A stretch of DNA of 63,398 nucleotides, the filler included, from Octopus bimaculoides (taxonomy: Eukaryota): the NCBI RefSeq assembly GCF_001194135.2. It is 6 parts of 6 records of this genome, joined end to end, with 100 filler letters (N's around TTAATTAATTAA, not from the genome) between each part and the next. Parts side by side here need not be neighbours in the genome. Positions count along the whole stretch, not along the records: positions 12,717 to 39,627 come from NC_068999.1; 5 more parts are not named here. The stretch is one strand, 5' to 3'. Within the stretch, counting starts at the first letter, position 1. Each line of letters begins with the position of its first letter. The notes beneath the pieces are model-generated. The model ran no database searches. It saw only the letters and a list, made by a program, of their open reading frames with translations, and had not been told where the DNA came from. This document shows positions 27,164 to 39,727 of this stretch, piece by piece. The position numbers and the translations under genes are program-made.

Positions 27164-28019
27164 GTGTATATATACGTATGTATACAAGTATACATACATG
27201 TATATATTATTTATTACATATATTTATATGATTGCTTCAGCGTGTATGTGCACACACACACATACATAAATATGTTTGTGTATATATTTACACACAAACA
27301 TATTTACATCTGAAGATATACATGCTGCATAATTCTTTTTCCTGAAAGAAAGGAATATATATATACATATAAATATATATCATACACGCGTACCTGTAGA
27401 TATACATGATGTATATCTTTTCTTCCTGCAAAAAAAGAAAACATGTGTAGAGGATTGGTACGATGGATTAAATTCTACCAAAATATACGTTGAATCCTTA
27501 CATTATCGACAGAGAATCGATAAAAGACAACCCAGATAGCAGAAGGACGAAGCAGTAAAATTTCGAAGTCTTTTAATCTGGTGCTGCATTATTTCTGACA
27601 ATTATATGCCTTCTTAAAGTAATTATTGATCGTTTCTGATGAAAGAATTTTTTTTTTGTTATTCCTCTTTATGTTAGAAGAGGCGGGATAGATTCATAGT
27701 CTTGTGAATAGTTGGCAGTATGTTAATAGTAATTTTCCTCATTTCTAATTAGTGAAATGCAAAACGCAGTTATTAACGAATCTCATTTCAGAAAATACTG
27801 TTAACATAATTACTAGTCGTTGTTGTTGTTATTAAGTATTAGTAATATTATCATGAATGCATCGCAGCCTTGACAGAGCAGTTGCTAAAACACTGGTACA
27901 AGTCTTCCAGTTTTCTTTGACAAGAGCGTTTCTAGAAAGTGTTCTCAATGCCAAGACTAATGTTCACTGGGAACAGATTACTCAGCCGACCCTTGCTATC
28001 GAAGTGGTAGTAGCAGCAC

Positions 28020-28075
<56 letters not shown>

Positions 28076-28076
28076 A

Positions 28077-28248
28077 CTTCAAATTTTGGCACAAGGCTAG
28101 CAATTTGGTGGGAGGGGTGGAGTCGTTTAAATCGATCCCCATATTAAATTGGTACTTGTTTTTTCGAGCACAACCTCGGCGACTTATGAACTCTGATGAT
28201 AAATGCGGACGAAATGTTGGTAACGATTCTGAGAGCTCGCCGCCTCAC
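28077..28248 (-). mobile_element. SINE family B with internal deletion and (ACT)n tail
   Basis: aaattttggcacaagg...aacctcggcg...gagctcgccgcct; (AGT)n at 28020-28075 abuts the 3' end. Confidence 0.75.
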
Positions 28249-28266
28249 TACTACTACTATTACTAC

Positions 28267-28299
<33 letters not shown>

Positions 28300-28333
28300 T
28301 GATGATGATGATGATGATGATGANNNNNNNNNN

Positions 28334-28371
<38 letters not shown>

Positions 28372-28431
28372 GGATGATGATGATGATGATGATAATAATA
28401 ATAATAATAATAGTAATAATAATAATAATAA

Positions 28432-28592
28432 TGGTTTCAAATTTGGCACAAGGCCAGCAGTTCCTGGGAAGGAACAAGTCGATTACATCGACACCCATTG
28501 CTCAACTGATACCTATTTTTCAACCCTGTTAACATAAAAGGTAAAGTCAACCTCGGCGGTATTTGAACTCAGAGTGAAAAGACAGAAGAAAT
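28432..28592 (-). mobile_element. SINE family B 3' two-thirds with (ATT)n/(ATC)n tail
   Basis: tggtttcaaatttggcacaaggccagc...ggtaaagtcaacctcggcggtatttgaactcag. Confidence 0.8.
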
Positions 28593-29167
28593 ATAATATT
28601 TTGTTGTCAAATTTCATGTGTTATAAACTGGTTATTTATCTACAATACACAAAACTGTTTAATAAAACCGTTTAATAATATGTAATTATAAAAATATAAA
28701 ACAATTTTTTGAAACGTCGAATGTTTATGGGGGTCCATCCCAGTAAAATGAGAATGAAAGAAGTCTAGAGACAAAAAAATGTTAGGGAACCACTAGCGAT
28801 GATATTAAGATAAGGCATACGCCCTTTTAATGTGATATAATTATACAAGCAATGCAAAGGGCAGTAAAGTAGGTTTCGGACTGGAAAGTGAAGCACTACC
28901 TGATAAAACATCTCTAAGTGATGTGTCAAATATGAAATGTGCTCCAAAACCATGTCCGTTTTCTGAGTAAAACACCACCAATAATTAAAAAGAAAATCCA
29001 ATAAATGCTTCTAATAGAATCAGGTCTATTTTAGTTGTTTAATCTTGGTACGTCACCAATAGATTAGAAAACGAGTAATGTTACTGCTGCTGCTGCTGCT
29101 ACTACTACTACTAACAACAACAGCAACAACAACAACAACAACAACAACAATAATAATAATAATAGTA

Positions 29168-29201
<34 letters not shown>

Positions 29202-29460
29202 GAAGAAGAAGAAGAAGAAGAATAAAAGTCGTGTTAACTGGAACGACTCATGTACTGAGAAGGGCATTATCGCTGTGAAAACAATATCCATTCATGAATT
29301 TATTTATTTATTTTTCTAAAATACATATTTTACCTATGAATTTGCGTGTGTAAACTGGGAATGCATACAATGAGTTTCTCTGCCCTAGGTGTACGGAAAA
29401 CACTCGGTTGAGAAATGGAAGAAAATTTGAAGAAAGAAGAAACAAAAAAACAACAACAAC

Positions 29461-29518
<58 letters not shown>

Positions 29519-29639
29519 AAAGAAGAAGAAGAAGAAGAATGCCATTACTACTGCTGCTTCTAATACTGATGTTGGAACTGGTGATCTTCCTGTGGGTGTC
29601 GCTAACATTTAAATTAACAGTTAGATGTAGCCCTGTCTT

Positions 29640-30055
29640 TTCTTTTATGCATCGTGAATTCAGACAATCCATTGCTATTATCACTGCATAGATTCAGAAA
29701 GCATTGATAGACTCCATGCACATTGTAACCCAGTATACGCATGTTCAACAGGAGCAATTTTTAAAAATGTCCTAGAAAAGAGAAATACCAGAGAAACGCA
29801 CTTCCTCCAAAAGATTACGGAGTTGCTGTGAGATTGCAATTGTTACAATGACAAAAGGAATTAGCTGTGGTCCATTGGTGAACAAGACGAATTCATATAG
29901 ACTGTTTCTTACAAGATATATAAGAAAAAACAAAGACCTATGTAAGGGTGTACGCATAACGCTGTATAGTTGAGATGTCTGTTTCGCAAATGCCTTGCTG
30001 AAAGTTCGATCCCATTCGGCGTCAAACGAGTCGACCCTATGGAGATCGAACATCA
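29640..30055 (-). pseudogene. Degraded CR1/L2-type LINE reverse transcriptase remnant
   Basis: ORF 29772-30053 contains FSKAF and SLFFLIY...VLFTNGPQL (cf. DFSKAFD, LLFLIYINDL, FADDT); downstream RILGY/AWS trace. Confidence 0.4.
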
Positions 30056-30084
30056 GTTCCTTTAATATTAACTAGCGTCAACTA

Positions 30085-30510
30085 TTGGTTTCAAATTTTG
30101 GCTAAAGGCCAGCAATTTCTGGAAGTGTGGTAAGTCGATTACATCCACCCCAGTACAGTTAAAGAGGTAAAGTTACCTTCTCGAGGTTTCTATGGCATAT
30201 AAATTTCCCACTTAGAGAGTAGGCCGGGCGTCGCAGGATTACTCATTTTTGACAATGGAGTGGACTGAAGCAACGTGAAATTAAGTGTTTTGCTCAAGAA
30301 CAAAATGGGTCACCCAGTCCAGGAATCGAAACCACAATCTTATGATTATGAGCCTAATACCTTAACTACTAAGCCGCGCACCCCCACAATCGACCCCCAG
30401 AGTTCAACTGCTTATTTCATTGACCCCGTTAGGATGAAAGGTGAAGTTGAGCCCGGGGGCATTTGATCTCAGAACGTAAAGTCGGAAGAAATGCATTTTA
30501 TCCGACGTTT
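30085..30510 (-). mobile_element. SINE family B interrupted by a family C SINE
   Basis: 3' part 30085-30153 and 5' part 30389-30510 (ggatgaaaggtgaagttgagcc...ctcagaacgtaaag). Confidence 0.75.
30154..30388 (-). mobile_element. SINE family C nested in family B
   Basis: ggagtggactgaagcaacgtgaaattaagtgttttgctcaagaaca...ggaatcgaaaccacaatc is the reverse complement of 46201-46350; flanked by atccaccccag and atcgacccccag. Confidence 0.8.
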
Positions 30511-30988
30511 GTCGCATTAACTAGTGTAAAGTATTGTCTCCGTGATATGTGATTGGCAGAAACTCATTGGAAGAACTGTTCATATTCTCTTGAGCCGTAG
30601 ACGTCAGCCTTTATACTATTGAACTGTGAGCAGTATTTATGGATGCAGCAATCAATTTGAACGAGGTTTCTGGTGCGAGGATAGTTTCCGCTCCTCCTTT
30701 CACCACTTACAATGCCTCTGAATAGCATCAATGGTGCTGCTCTCCATTCAATGATTAATACAATATATCAATAGCGATAGATGTGTCAAACTTTAGTGAC
30801 ATTTTTTTGTTATTAATGAATATCTTCCAATCGATCTAAATTTTTTTTTTATGTATGGGATGTTTCTATAGAGATGTAGTAATCCAATAAATATTCCATC
30901 AGATTTTTAGCACAACCGTCTCACGCTTGAATAATATTATATCAATTCACTACAATGCTAGCAATCAGACAAGATATATTTTTTGCAG

Positions 30989-31038
30989 ACATTCACCTAG
31001 ATGTCGGTCAACAGTCATTGAGAGCGTGCGTGGATATG
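30989..31038 (+). CDS. Weak candidate exon (HSPRCRSTVIESVRGY or DIHLDVGQQSLRACVDM)
   Basis: Acceptor tattttttgcAG at 30988, donor ATG|GTgaca at 31039; two frames open. Confidence 0.25.
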
Positions 31039-31975
31039 GTGACAACCTCGCTTATTTATGACAATATTATGTGATTAGAAATGAAGCATTTTCTCTCGCT
31101 ATCATTTGCATTTCAGTTATGCTGTCACATCAGTATTACATCACAACAAATAATGATCAAATACCTTCCTGCTTACAATTTTAGTTCATTTTTAAGGAAA
31201 TTATGCTTATTTGAATTTATTCTCTGGATGTTATCGAAATAAATATTCTAAATACACAAAAACATATAACTGAATGCAGGGAATATATTGTTAAATTTAG
31301 AACAAAATTTACTTCAAGATATTTCTAGCTCTGAAATCGTTAAAGCCAAACATATTTCCCTGACTCAATTAGAAATATATCAGGTGTCATATAAGCAAAA
31401 TACAAAAAATATATCAAGTGCACAAAAAAATAATAACAAGTGCACAAAAAAATAATCCGACAGTTAAATATAAAATTACATTCAGAAGCGTAATCTTATA
31501 CCTAAAAATATCTTGAATATATATTTTATAGCTTGAAACCACTCAGCATTGTCATATATTTCGTGAGGAAGTTTCACTATCACAATTGCTAGAAGTGAGT
31601 GTTAATGGACCACAGATTAAAATCCATTGGGATATTCTCTTAGGTCTTTCGTTGTCAATGATTTCCACTGGCAACAGAGCAGATTCAAAATTTTATATTT
31701 ACAGGAGTAGCACTTTCTCCTGGAAGGTCCTTCAAAAGCATATACTTCTATATCTTATTCCAGCAAGTATTTTAGCATTGACTCACAGTCGATACTTTGT
31801 TACATTCTAAGTGCGAACTAGTAGATGGAGACTGAGTGGGTTACCCTCCTACATTTTTGAGTTGTGAAAATATGTATGTATCTATGTATATATGTGCTTA
31901 TACATACATACATACATACATACATACATAATATATATATATTTTTTTTCTCCGTGTTTTTCTCCTTGTCTCCGT

Positions 31976-32010
31976 ATTCTTTCTGTTGAAGAGCGTAGCT
32001 CGAAACGTCA
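31976..32010 (+). ncRNA. Minimal hammerhead-like motif with CUGUUGA core, cut off by a 10-N gap
   Basis: UUCUUU-CUGUUGA-A-GAGC(GUA)GCUC-GAAA-CGU-C-A...: 4-bp stem II, palindromic ACGU, GUC triplet. Upstream T/C-rich flank resembles the 9.2-kb copy. Confidence 0.5.
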
Positions 32011-32029
32011 NNNNNNNNNNTATATTCTC

Positions 32030-32105
<76 letters not shown>

Positions 32106-33416
32106 CTGTGTGTGTATATAGATATATATATAGAAATTATAATCCGTTTATGTTTCTACATATGCGTGTGCGTGTATACGCAAACATATACACATATAAA
32201 TGCATGTATATATACATATAAATACATAGATGTAGATATGGATATGTATATAGACACACACGCATATATACAAACATATAATAACCCTATACGTTTGTGC
32301 ATATGTATTTACATACATTTATATAAACAAGCATGCATATATATATACATATATCTGTTTGTGGGATGTATAATGATGGTGTTTGGGTTTATGTCTGTGT
32401 GGAAATATGTGTACATCAACACACACAAACATGCATAATTGCATACAGTAACTAATACATATGAGTGTAAGCTTGAATATTTCGCCGGCATAAATAACCG
32501 AAGAATGGAAACAGAAAAAGCGATGAAATAATGCGCTCTTCGAACGCAGATTTCTTCAATATTTCGTTCTCAACTAATTTCAAAGAACATATGTTCCACT
32601 CGCGTTTATATTGGAGTGCATGAGTATTGTTTCGTTGAAGACTTGTACCCATTTCCATTTAAAAAATGTATACATGTATTTCTACCGTTTCCTGTAAAAA
32701 GGAAATATATGTGTACAAGATTATTTCGCTCATCCGAATATATGTTTGTATTGTACTCATGTTATAAATCATTATTATTTGCAATAAATTACTAATTAAG
32801 TTTCTAAAGATAATACGAAATAAATTTTTAAATAATCGAGAAACAATAAAGAATATAAAAGGATGTGTTAAGAAACCCTCGAACAGTGACTTTAATGAAC
32901 TAATTACTAAGAATCCTTATGCTTTATCTATTTCAGGCAAATTAGGAGAAAGCGTTAATGATATTATCGACTCAAAAGAAAGCCATAGAAATTGGGAACG
33001 GATTCAACAAGTAAAATTTCCAATATCGCATTAAATAAATTCAATGTTATATAAAATTACACCGAAGTGGCACCGAAGATTATATTCATTACGTTCGAGT
33101 ACTTTCCATTAACGGAATGTACGGATTAAATGAGATCTCGAGACATTATATAATTATAATTTAAATGCATTATCCACTATTTAGATTAATATGAGTTTAT
33201 GTAATTAGAAAAAGTTGGGAGTAATTTTGAAGTATAAATTGGGGAATACTAATATAGAGAAAACAAAACAAAAGTTACGCGTAAAATTGAAAGGAAATAT
33301 GGTCTCTCCAAAGTCTATAATTTTGGCCTTCATTGCAATGAAACACAGGAATATATATGTATATGTAACATATGATACAATTATAAACAGGGCAAATTTT
33401 AGCCATTTCTCTACAG

Positions 33417-33515
33417 ACTAAAAAGAAATTGATGAAAAACCTTAACCGATTTTCGGACCTTATTGCGTTCTCATTGGAGGCGTCCACATCATTCGGACAG
33501 TCTCCACAGAAATAA
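33417..33515 (+). CDS. Weak candidate terminal exon TKKKLMKNLNRFSDLIAFSLEASTSFGQSPQK*
   Basis: Strong acceptor ccatttctctacAG at 33416; only phase 0 is open. An alternative 111-nt minus-strand exon (33447-33557) is also possible. Confidence 0.25.
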   Translation, partial: TKKKLMKNLNRFSDLIAFSLEASTSFGQSPQK

Positions 33516-33699
33516 TCAGCCAAATTGTTTATATACTCAACAAATGCAGCAGTTATTCTATGACGGAGTCACTAATTTGCTTACTGAAAGTGTTTAACAC
33601 TCTATGAATATCAGCGGCCTGTCAACGGGGATCTTACTCCACACAGTATCAAGGTATAATATAATAAATATATAACATATGCTATAATTATAAACATGG

Positions 33700-33730
<31 letters not shown>

Positions 33731-33915
33731 GTATACATATATATATATATGCCCTGTTTATAATTATGCCATATGTTACATATTTATTATATAACACGAA
33801 GAAACTAACCACGTCTCCAAGATATTATTAGCCTCTGGCTAGCTCGTCTGATACATCAAAATAAAACCTTCTAACAAAACAAATGTAGCAATACCAATCA
33901 ACCTTTCCTCCGTTG

Positions 33916-33962
<47 letters not shown>

Positions 33963-35769
33963 GTATCTTGAGAAAATGGAGACAGAATTTTGGGATCATT
34001 CTATAAATATAGGTAATTATTTAAGTGTTGGGTATGTTCTTAGTAGTAAGCCGATGAAGCAAGTTCATTGTAATGTAAAGGAATATAGGTCAGTTTCAAA
34101 ACATTCATGTCCACACCACAAAAGCAAAGTTTGAAACTAATAGTTGTCATTTTCTTTGATTTCTAGACAGACGCAAAGATGAAATAACACCTACTAACCA
34201 AAAACAAAATAAGTAAATAAATACGTAAATTGTCACACTGTGTTATGTATGTATATTTGTGCGTTTGTGTCTGTATATACGCGCGTTTGTATGATTATTT
34301 CATTGGCATGTATATGTTCATGTATAATTTTACATGTTTTCATATACACTTGTGTATATAGGTATCTAGAACACACGATGAAATGTATTTCTTCCGAGAT
34401 TCCACTAAATTCAGTAGAAATCTTACAATACCATCTCAGCAACTTTAATCAATTTTTTAAATTAGTACATTTCCCTTGCAAGAAAGAAAGTGCATATATA
34501 TTTATAAGCGTATGTACTTGAATTTGCGTATCCGTGTAGGTATCCTTTCATATCTAAAGATCTTTGAAGTGCTTACTCATTTAGTATATATGTGTAGATA
34601 TACTGACGATAAATCATCACGGATTTTCGACCTTCATCTATAAAACTTTGGTAACACCGATTCTTTTCTTGCAATATACGCACACATAATCATATTCATA
34701 TATGATAAATATTCTTATACTCAATAATATGCAATATCCTGTGATGTGTAGCTTTTCAAATCACAAAAGTTCTTATCGATACCTACGTAGAAATTTCTAC
34801 AATTTTCTCTCTTCTTTTCTTTAAATGGCAAACCTAAAATGATATTCTAGTTAATGACATGTTCCATTTCAAAAGATCTCTCTCTCTCTCTCTCATTTTT
34901 TTTTATAGTATTGAGATAATTTTCTTCTCTATTCAAAAGAAACGAATCTCCCTAAAATGCAACCAAGTAAACTAAAGGGCTTACATTTGGTTGAATCTTT
35001 ATTTCTATATTACTTTATAAAATTCAAAATTTGTTTATTCATGTGGCTCACTTTTTTATTGCAGATTTATTTCTCATCATTAAATTGTCGAATTTTTGGC
35101 ATTATTGTTGTTGTTGTTGGTGGTGGTGGAGGGGTGGTAGTGTTGTTGTTTTTGTTGTTGTTCTTGTTGCTGGCAGTGACGTTGTTTTGATGGAGAATGC
35201 CTTTTATTTATTTCAGTGAATGTAAGCTTATCTGTCAATGTAAAAATTTCAACCTCTTTTCCTCAGAAACACGCACACGCACGCACACGCACGCACACGC
35301 ACACACACGCACGCACACATACACACACACACACACACANNNNNNNNNNNNNNNNNNNNNNNNNNNNNNNNNNNNNNNNNNNNNNNNNNNNNNNNNNNNN
35401 NNNNNNNNNNNNNNNNNNNNNNNNNNNNNNNNNNNNNNNNNNNNNNNNNNNNNNNNNNNNNNNNNNNNNNNNNNNNNNNNNNNNNNNNNNNNNNNNNNNN
35501 NNNNNNNNNNNNNNNNNNNNNNNNNNNNNNNNNNNNNNNNNNNNNNNNNNNNNNNNNNNNNNNNNNNNNNNNNNNNNNNNNNNNNNNNNNNNNNNNNNNN
35601 NNNNTTAATGCGTATATAACCTCAATCTGTGTGTACTTCGATCACTATATTCAATAACAAATATGTTTTTGCTTCGGATATTCAGTATAGAAAGATCCAT
35701 ATCTGTGGTGCAAGGTCACCAGATATTTTGTGCAATATACACCCTAGTATTTCTTTGATATTTATTTTA

Positions 35770-36150
35770 TTGATACTAAAACCAGGTCCTTAGAGGTGCT
35801 ATTACAATACATACATAATAAAAGCTAACTAAATGCTGCAAACTATAATTGTCCAATTCTCTCCAGATTGTACTGAATTCACCGCACTATCCTTTTCACA
35901 GTAGCAGCTGTGCAGATTCATGTTTTACTTTCGTTGCTTAAATCAATAATAATTTCGTACATAACCCCAATCATAGTAAAACGTTTTTCAGATGTCACCT
36001 ATATTGTGTCTTCTCCCACTTTAGGTCGTTCAGTAAACACTGAATCGGTTCTTCTTTCCTATAGTATGGGATCATTGGAATAAACTCCATGCACACGTGT
36101 CTCCTAGGGCCTTGTGTTTGCTACAGTTATCGATTACTGAGTAATTTATC
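35770..36150 (-). pseudogene. Possible degraded CR1/L2 LINE 3' remnant
   Basis: Minus-strand trace SEKRFTMIGVMYEII (cf. LEKRRLRGDLIEVYKII); many stops. Confidence 0.25.
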
Positions 36151-36229
36151 GGCATCAATTTCTCTACATTTACAGAATCTCAGATGTCTGTCCACAGATA
36201 CTGCAATCTGGTCATTTAGAGTAAACTAA

Positions 36230-36444
36230 TAATCCATTCTACTATAGACACAAGGCTTGAAATTTTGGAGGAGGGAAAAGTCGATTACATCAACTCCATT
36301 GTTTCACTGGTATTTAATTCATCGACCCCGAATGAATAAATGGCAAAGACGACCTCAGTGGAATTTGAATACAGTACTTAAAGACGGGCGAAATACTGGT
36401 AAGCATTTCGCCCGGCATGCTAACGATTCTACCAGCTCGCTGCC
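36230..36444 (-). mobile_element. SINE family B (left copy of a tandem pair)
   Basis: cacaaggcttgaaattttgg...gcatttcgcccggcatgctaacgattctaccagctcgctgcc. Confidence 0.85.
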
Positions 36445-36458
36445 TTAGAGTAAACTAA

Positions 36459-36675
36459 TATTCTTTTCTACTCTAGGCACAAGGCCCGAAATTTTTGGGG
36501 AGAGGGGCCAGTCCATTAGATCGACCCAAGCACGCAACTGATACTTAATTTATCGACACCGAAAGGATGAAAGGCGAAGTCGGCCTCGGTGGAATTTGAA
36601 CTCAGAACGTAAAGACAGAAGAAATATCGCTAAGCATTTCCCCCGGCATGCTATCGTTTCTGCCATCGCACCGCC
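36459..36675 (-). mobile_element. SINE family B (right copy of a tandem pair)
   Basis: ctaggcacaaggcccgaaatt...ggatgaaaggcgaagtcggcctcggtggaatttgaactcagaacg...caccgcc. Confidence 0.85.
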
Positions 36676-37017
36676 TTAGAGTAAACTAAAAATAAGCGTA
36701 GAATTTATGCTAGATAATTTCTGTGCTCTGTCTTGTTATATGGAAGCTCAAAAATATGGATGGAAGAATTGGACCACAATCTAGTTACTAGCATATAGTC
36801 CTTCAAATTAAAAGCAAATGTTTATTATCTAGCAAGGTTGAAAATATTTTATGGATTATTTTTCCGGAATTATAGGTTCTGACCTCAAATCTTGTATAGG
36901 CCCATCTTTTTCAGGCCGTTACAATAAACTGTTCGTGAAGTACTGATGTTCTTATATCGGCTGGTCCTTACCTCCAAAATCTAGGGTCTTACGTTACGTC
37001 TATGTATCTAATCAACG

Positions 37018-37400
37018 TTGTTAGCACTTCATGTACTAACATTCGTAATAAAAACTACAGTTTCAATTCAACTGCGTGGCACTTTGTTCAGGTGTCTTTC
37101 ACTATATCCTTGAACGGATGAGTCTTCTGAGAAGATTTGGAAGATGGAAGCTGAAAGTAGCCCGTCGTAAATGTATCTATGTGTGTGTGCGTCTTTGTGT
37201 TTGAGTTTTCCCTTAGTCCTCCCAGCGCTTGACAAGCAGTGTTGGTGTTACTTAGAGGTTTGGCGAAAGAGACCGAAAGGATAAGCGTCTGGCTTAACAA
37301 AATTAATCACTAGGGTCGATTTATTCAACTAAAAATTCTTCAAAGTGGTGCTCTAGCATGGCCGCAGTCTGAAGATTAAAACAAGTGAACGATAAGAGAT
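37018..37400 (+). mobile_element. SINE family A, diverged
   Basis: gcgtggcactttgttcaggtgtct...ggaagctgaaagtagcccgtcg, microsatellite, then cgcttgacaagc...ctctagcatggccgcagtc. Confidence 0.7.
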
Positions 37401-38060
37401 ATCTGAATTCACGGTGATAATGTTATAAAAGCGGTGATTTTCGAAAGTATCTCAACATGATAATGTCACTGTTAGATGCAATTTCTCTATTTTGTTTCTT
37501 TAAAATAGACTTAAATTTACCAAGGATCTCTGTTATTTCATTTATTACTAAACAATATCTATAAAGGCCTGAGAGATGACAGTGTTTCTACACATTTATG
37601 CAAATCAGATTACTGATATTTCGAAGCAAAAACACTTTGCATGTCTACGTAAAAATATTCGCACATACCAAAACGATTGCAAACTGAGAGATAAATTAAA
37701 CTCTGTCTCTCGCTTTCTCTCTCTCTCTCTCTCTCTCGCTCACTTTATTTCTCTCTCTCCCATTTTCTCTCTCTGGCATGCACACACGCTCGTATACCCA
37801 CACACTAACACATGAGCATATACATATGTATATATGTATACATTCATATATAAACAGAACGATATTCATATAACCATAGAAGCTGAGAGACACAAACATA
37901 TGTATAAATATGTTTGTATACAGTCAGTCACTCAAACTCACATATCTCACCCTCTATATATGTATATAGGTATGTATATAATAATATAAATAATATATAT
38001 ATGCATATATGCATACGTATTGTACATACTTACATATATACGTACATACATATGCATATA

Positions 38061-38285
38061 CGGGCACAGGACGCCCCAGGACGTAAACAACAAAAAATAT
38101 CAAAATATGGAATACAAAATACGAATACGTGAAATATGAACATTTTTTTTTGCGAAGAACGTGTGCCTTGTTCTCTATTTGTTTCTTCGATGTTCACAAA
38201 AAAAGTTCATATTCCATGTATTCGTATTTCGTATTCGATATTTTCGTATTTTTTGTTGTTTACGTTCTGTGACGTCCTGTGCCCG
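38061..38285. mobile_element. MITE of about 225 bp with TIRs of about 95 bp
   Basis: cgggcacaggacg...acgtaaacaacaaaaaata...aatatgaac is inverted as gttcatatt...tattttttgttgtttacgt...cgtcctgtgcccg. Confidence 0.8.
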
Positions 38286-38333
38286 CATATGCATATGTAT
38301 ATACGTATATGTGTAAGTATGTACACACACGTA

Positions 38334-38365
<32 letters not shown>

Positions 38366-39473
38366 NNNNNNNNNNNNNNNNNNNNNNNNNNNNNNNNNNN
38401 NNNNNNNNNNNNNNNNNNNNNNNNNNNNNNNNNNNNNNNATATATATAGATATATATATATATATATATATATATAATTCATATTGTTATATGATTGACC
38501 GCCACGCAACCATTTCCAAGTAGGCATTTATATATATATATATGTGTGTGTGTGTTTGTGTGTATGTGTGTGTGTCTGTGTAGGCATGCGTGCGTGTATA
38601 TTGGACATATGTGTGTTTGTGTATGTGTGTTTGACTTTAAATGGATGAAATTGCTACAGGATTATCAGAGTGTCACATAGATTCTTGACACATCACTTAT
38701 CCACTTTGATAGGAAACTTGTCATGGACGTATATGAATCTGAGTAGTTCCTGTAACAACCACAGCTTATAAATATATAACAGAACACGGTTTAACGTATT
38801 CCGTTCATCTTCTATTTACAATCACAACGTTCATACTTACACACGTATACATGTGCAATCACTAGCGCATACACAAACTCGTGCACGCGCACACATACAC
38901 ATATATGCGTTCGTTCGTGTGTATATATCTCTGTGCGTATCTATATATTTATATTTCAATGGAGATTAGTAAAATTGCCGTGTTATTTTTTTTTCTATTT
39001 GTTATATAGAGGAACGTCTTGAAGGACAGCACGAATGTTCTTGAAAGATAGAGACATAATGTAATTAACGGTCTAAACTGAGTCTATTAATAAACAGCAT
39101 TACTTATTCTCTAAGAAAGATATTTTGGCATAGAATATACTGAGTGTAAAATGTAGTCGTAGATTCAATTTAGCTATAGTTTTTTTGCAATCTCGTACAA
39201 TAAAAGCTAAATATTATTCGCAAAAACAAAAAAAAAGACGATAAATATGAAAATATTGTTTTGTATTGCTTTCTGTCCACTCGTTTCTACTCAAGCTCTC
39301 AAACACATTCACACATAGAAACGCTAACAAGGCAGACATATAGATACATACATGCACATACGAAGCATTGTCGTACTTAACTGTTTATACTTATCTCATA
39401 TATGTTTATTTCCCACTCAAATTCAGCCTATACGTGTGCACATATGATTATATATATACATATACATACATAC

Positions 39474-39505
<32 letters not shown>

Positions 39506-39627
39506 ACATACATATACATATATACATATATATATACATACATATACATATATACATATATATATACATACATATACATATATACATATATATATACATA
39601 CATATACATATATATATATATATATAT

Positions 39628-39727
39628 NNNNNNNNNNNNNNNNNNNNNNNNNNNNNNNNNNNNNNNNNNNNTTAATTAATTAANNNNNNNNNNNNNNNNN
39701 NNNNNNNNNNNNNNNNNNNNNNNNNNN
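39628..39727. other. Assembly join spacer N44-TTAATTAATTAA-N44 (artefact)
   Basis: Identical 100-bp structure to 12617-12716. Confidence 0.95.

Noticed and set aside
27857-28147. ORF MHRSLDRAVAK... as a gene
   Set aside because: It runs through (GTA)n into a SINE, with no splice support or recognisable domain.
28193-28216. ctgatgataaatgcggacgaaa as a hammerhead
   Set aside because: No stem II; it is a mutated part of a SINE B copy.
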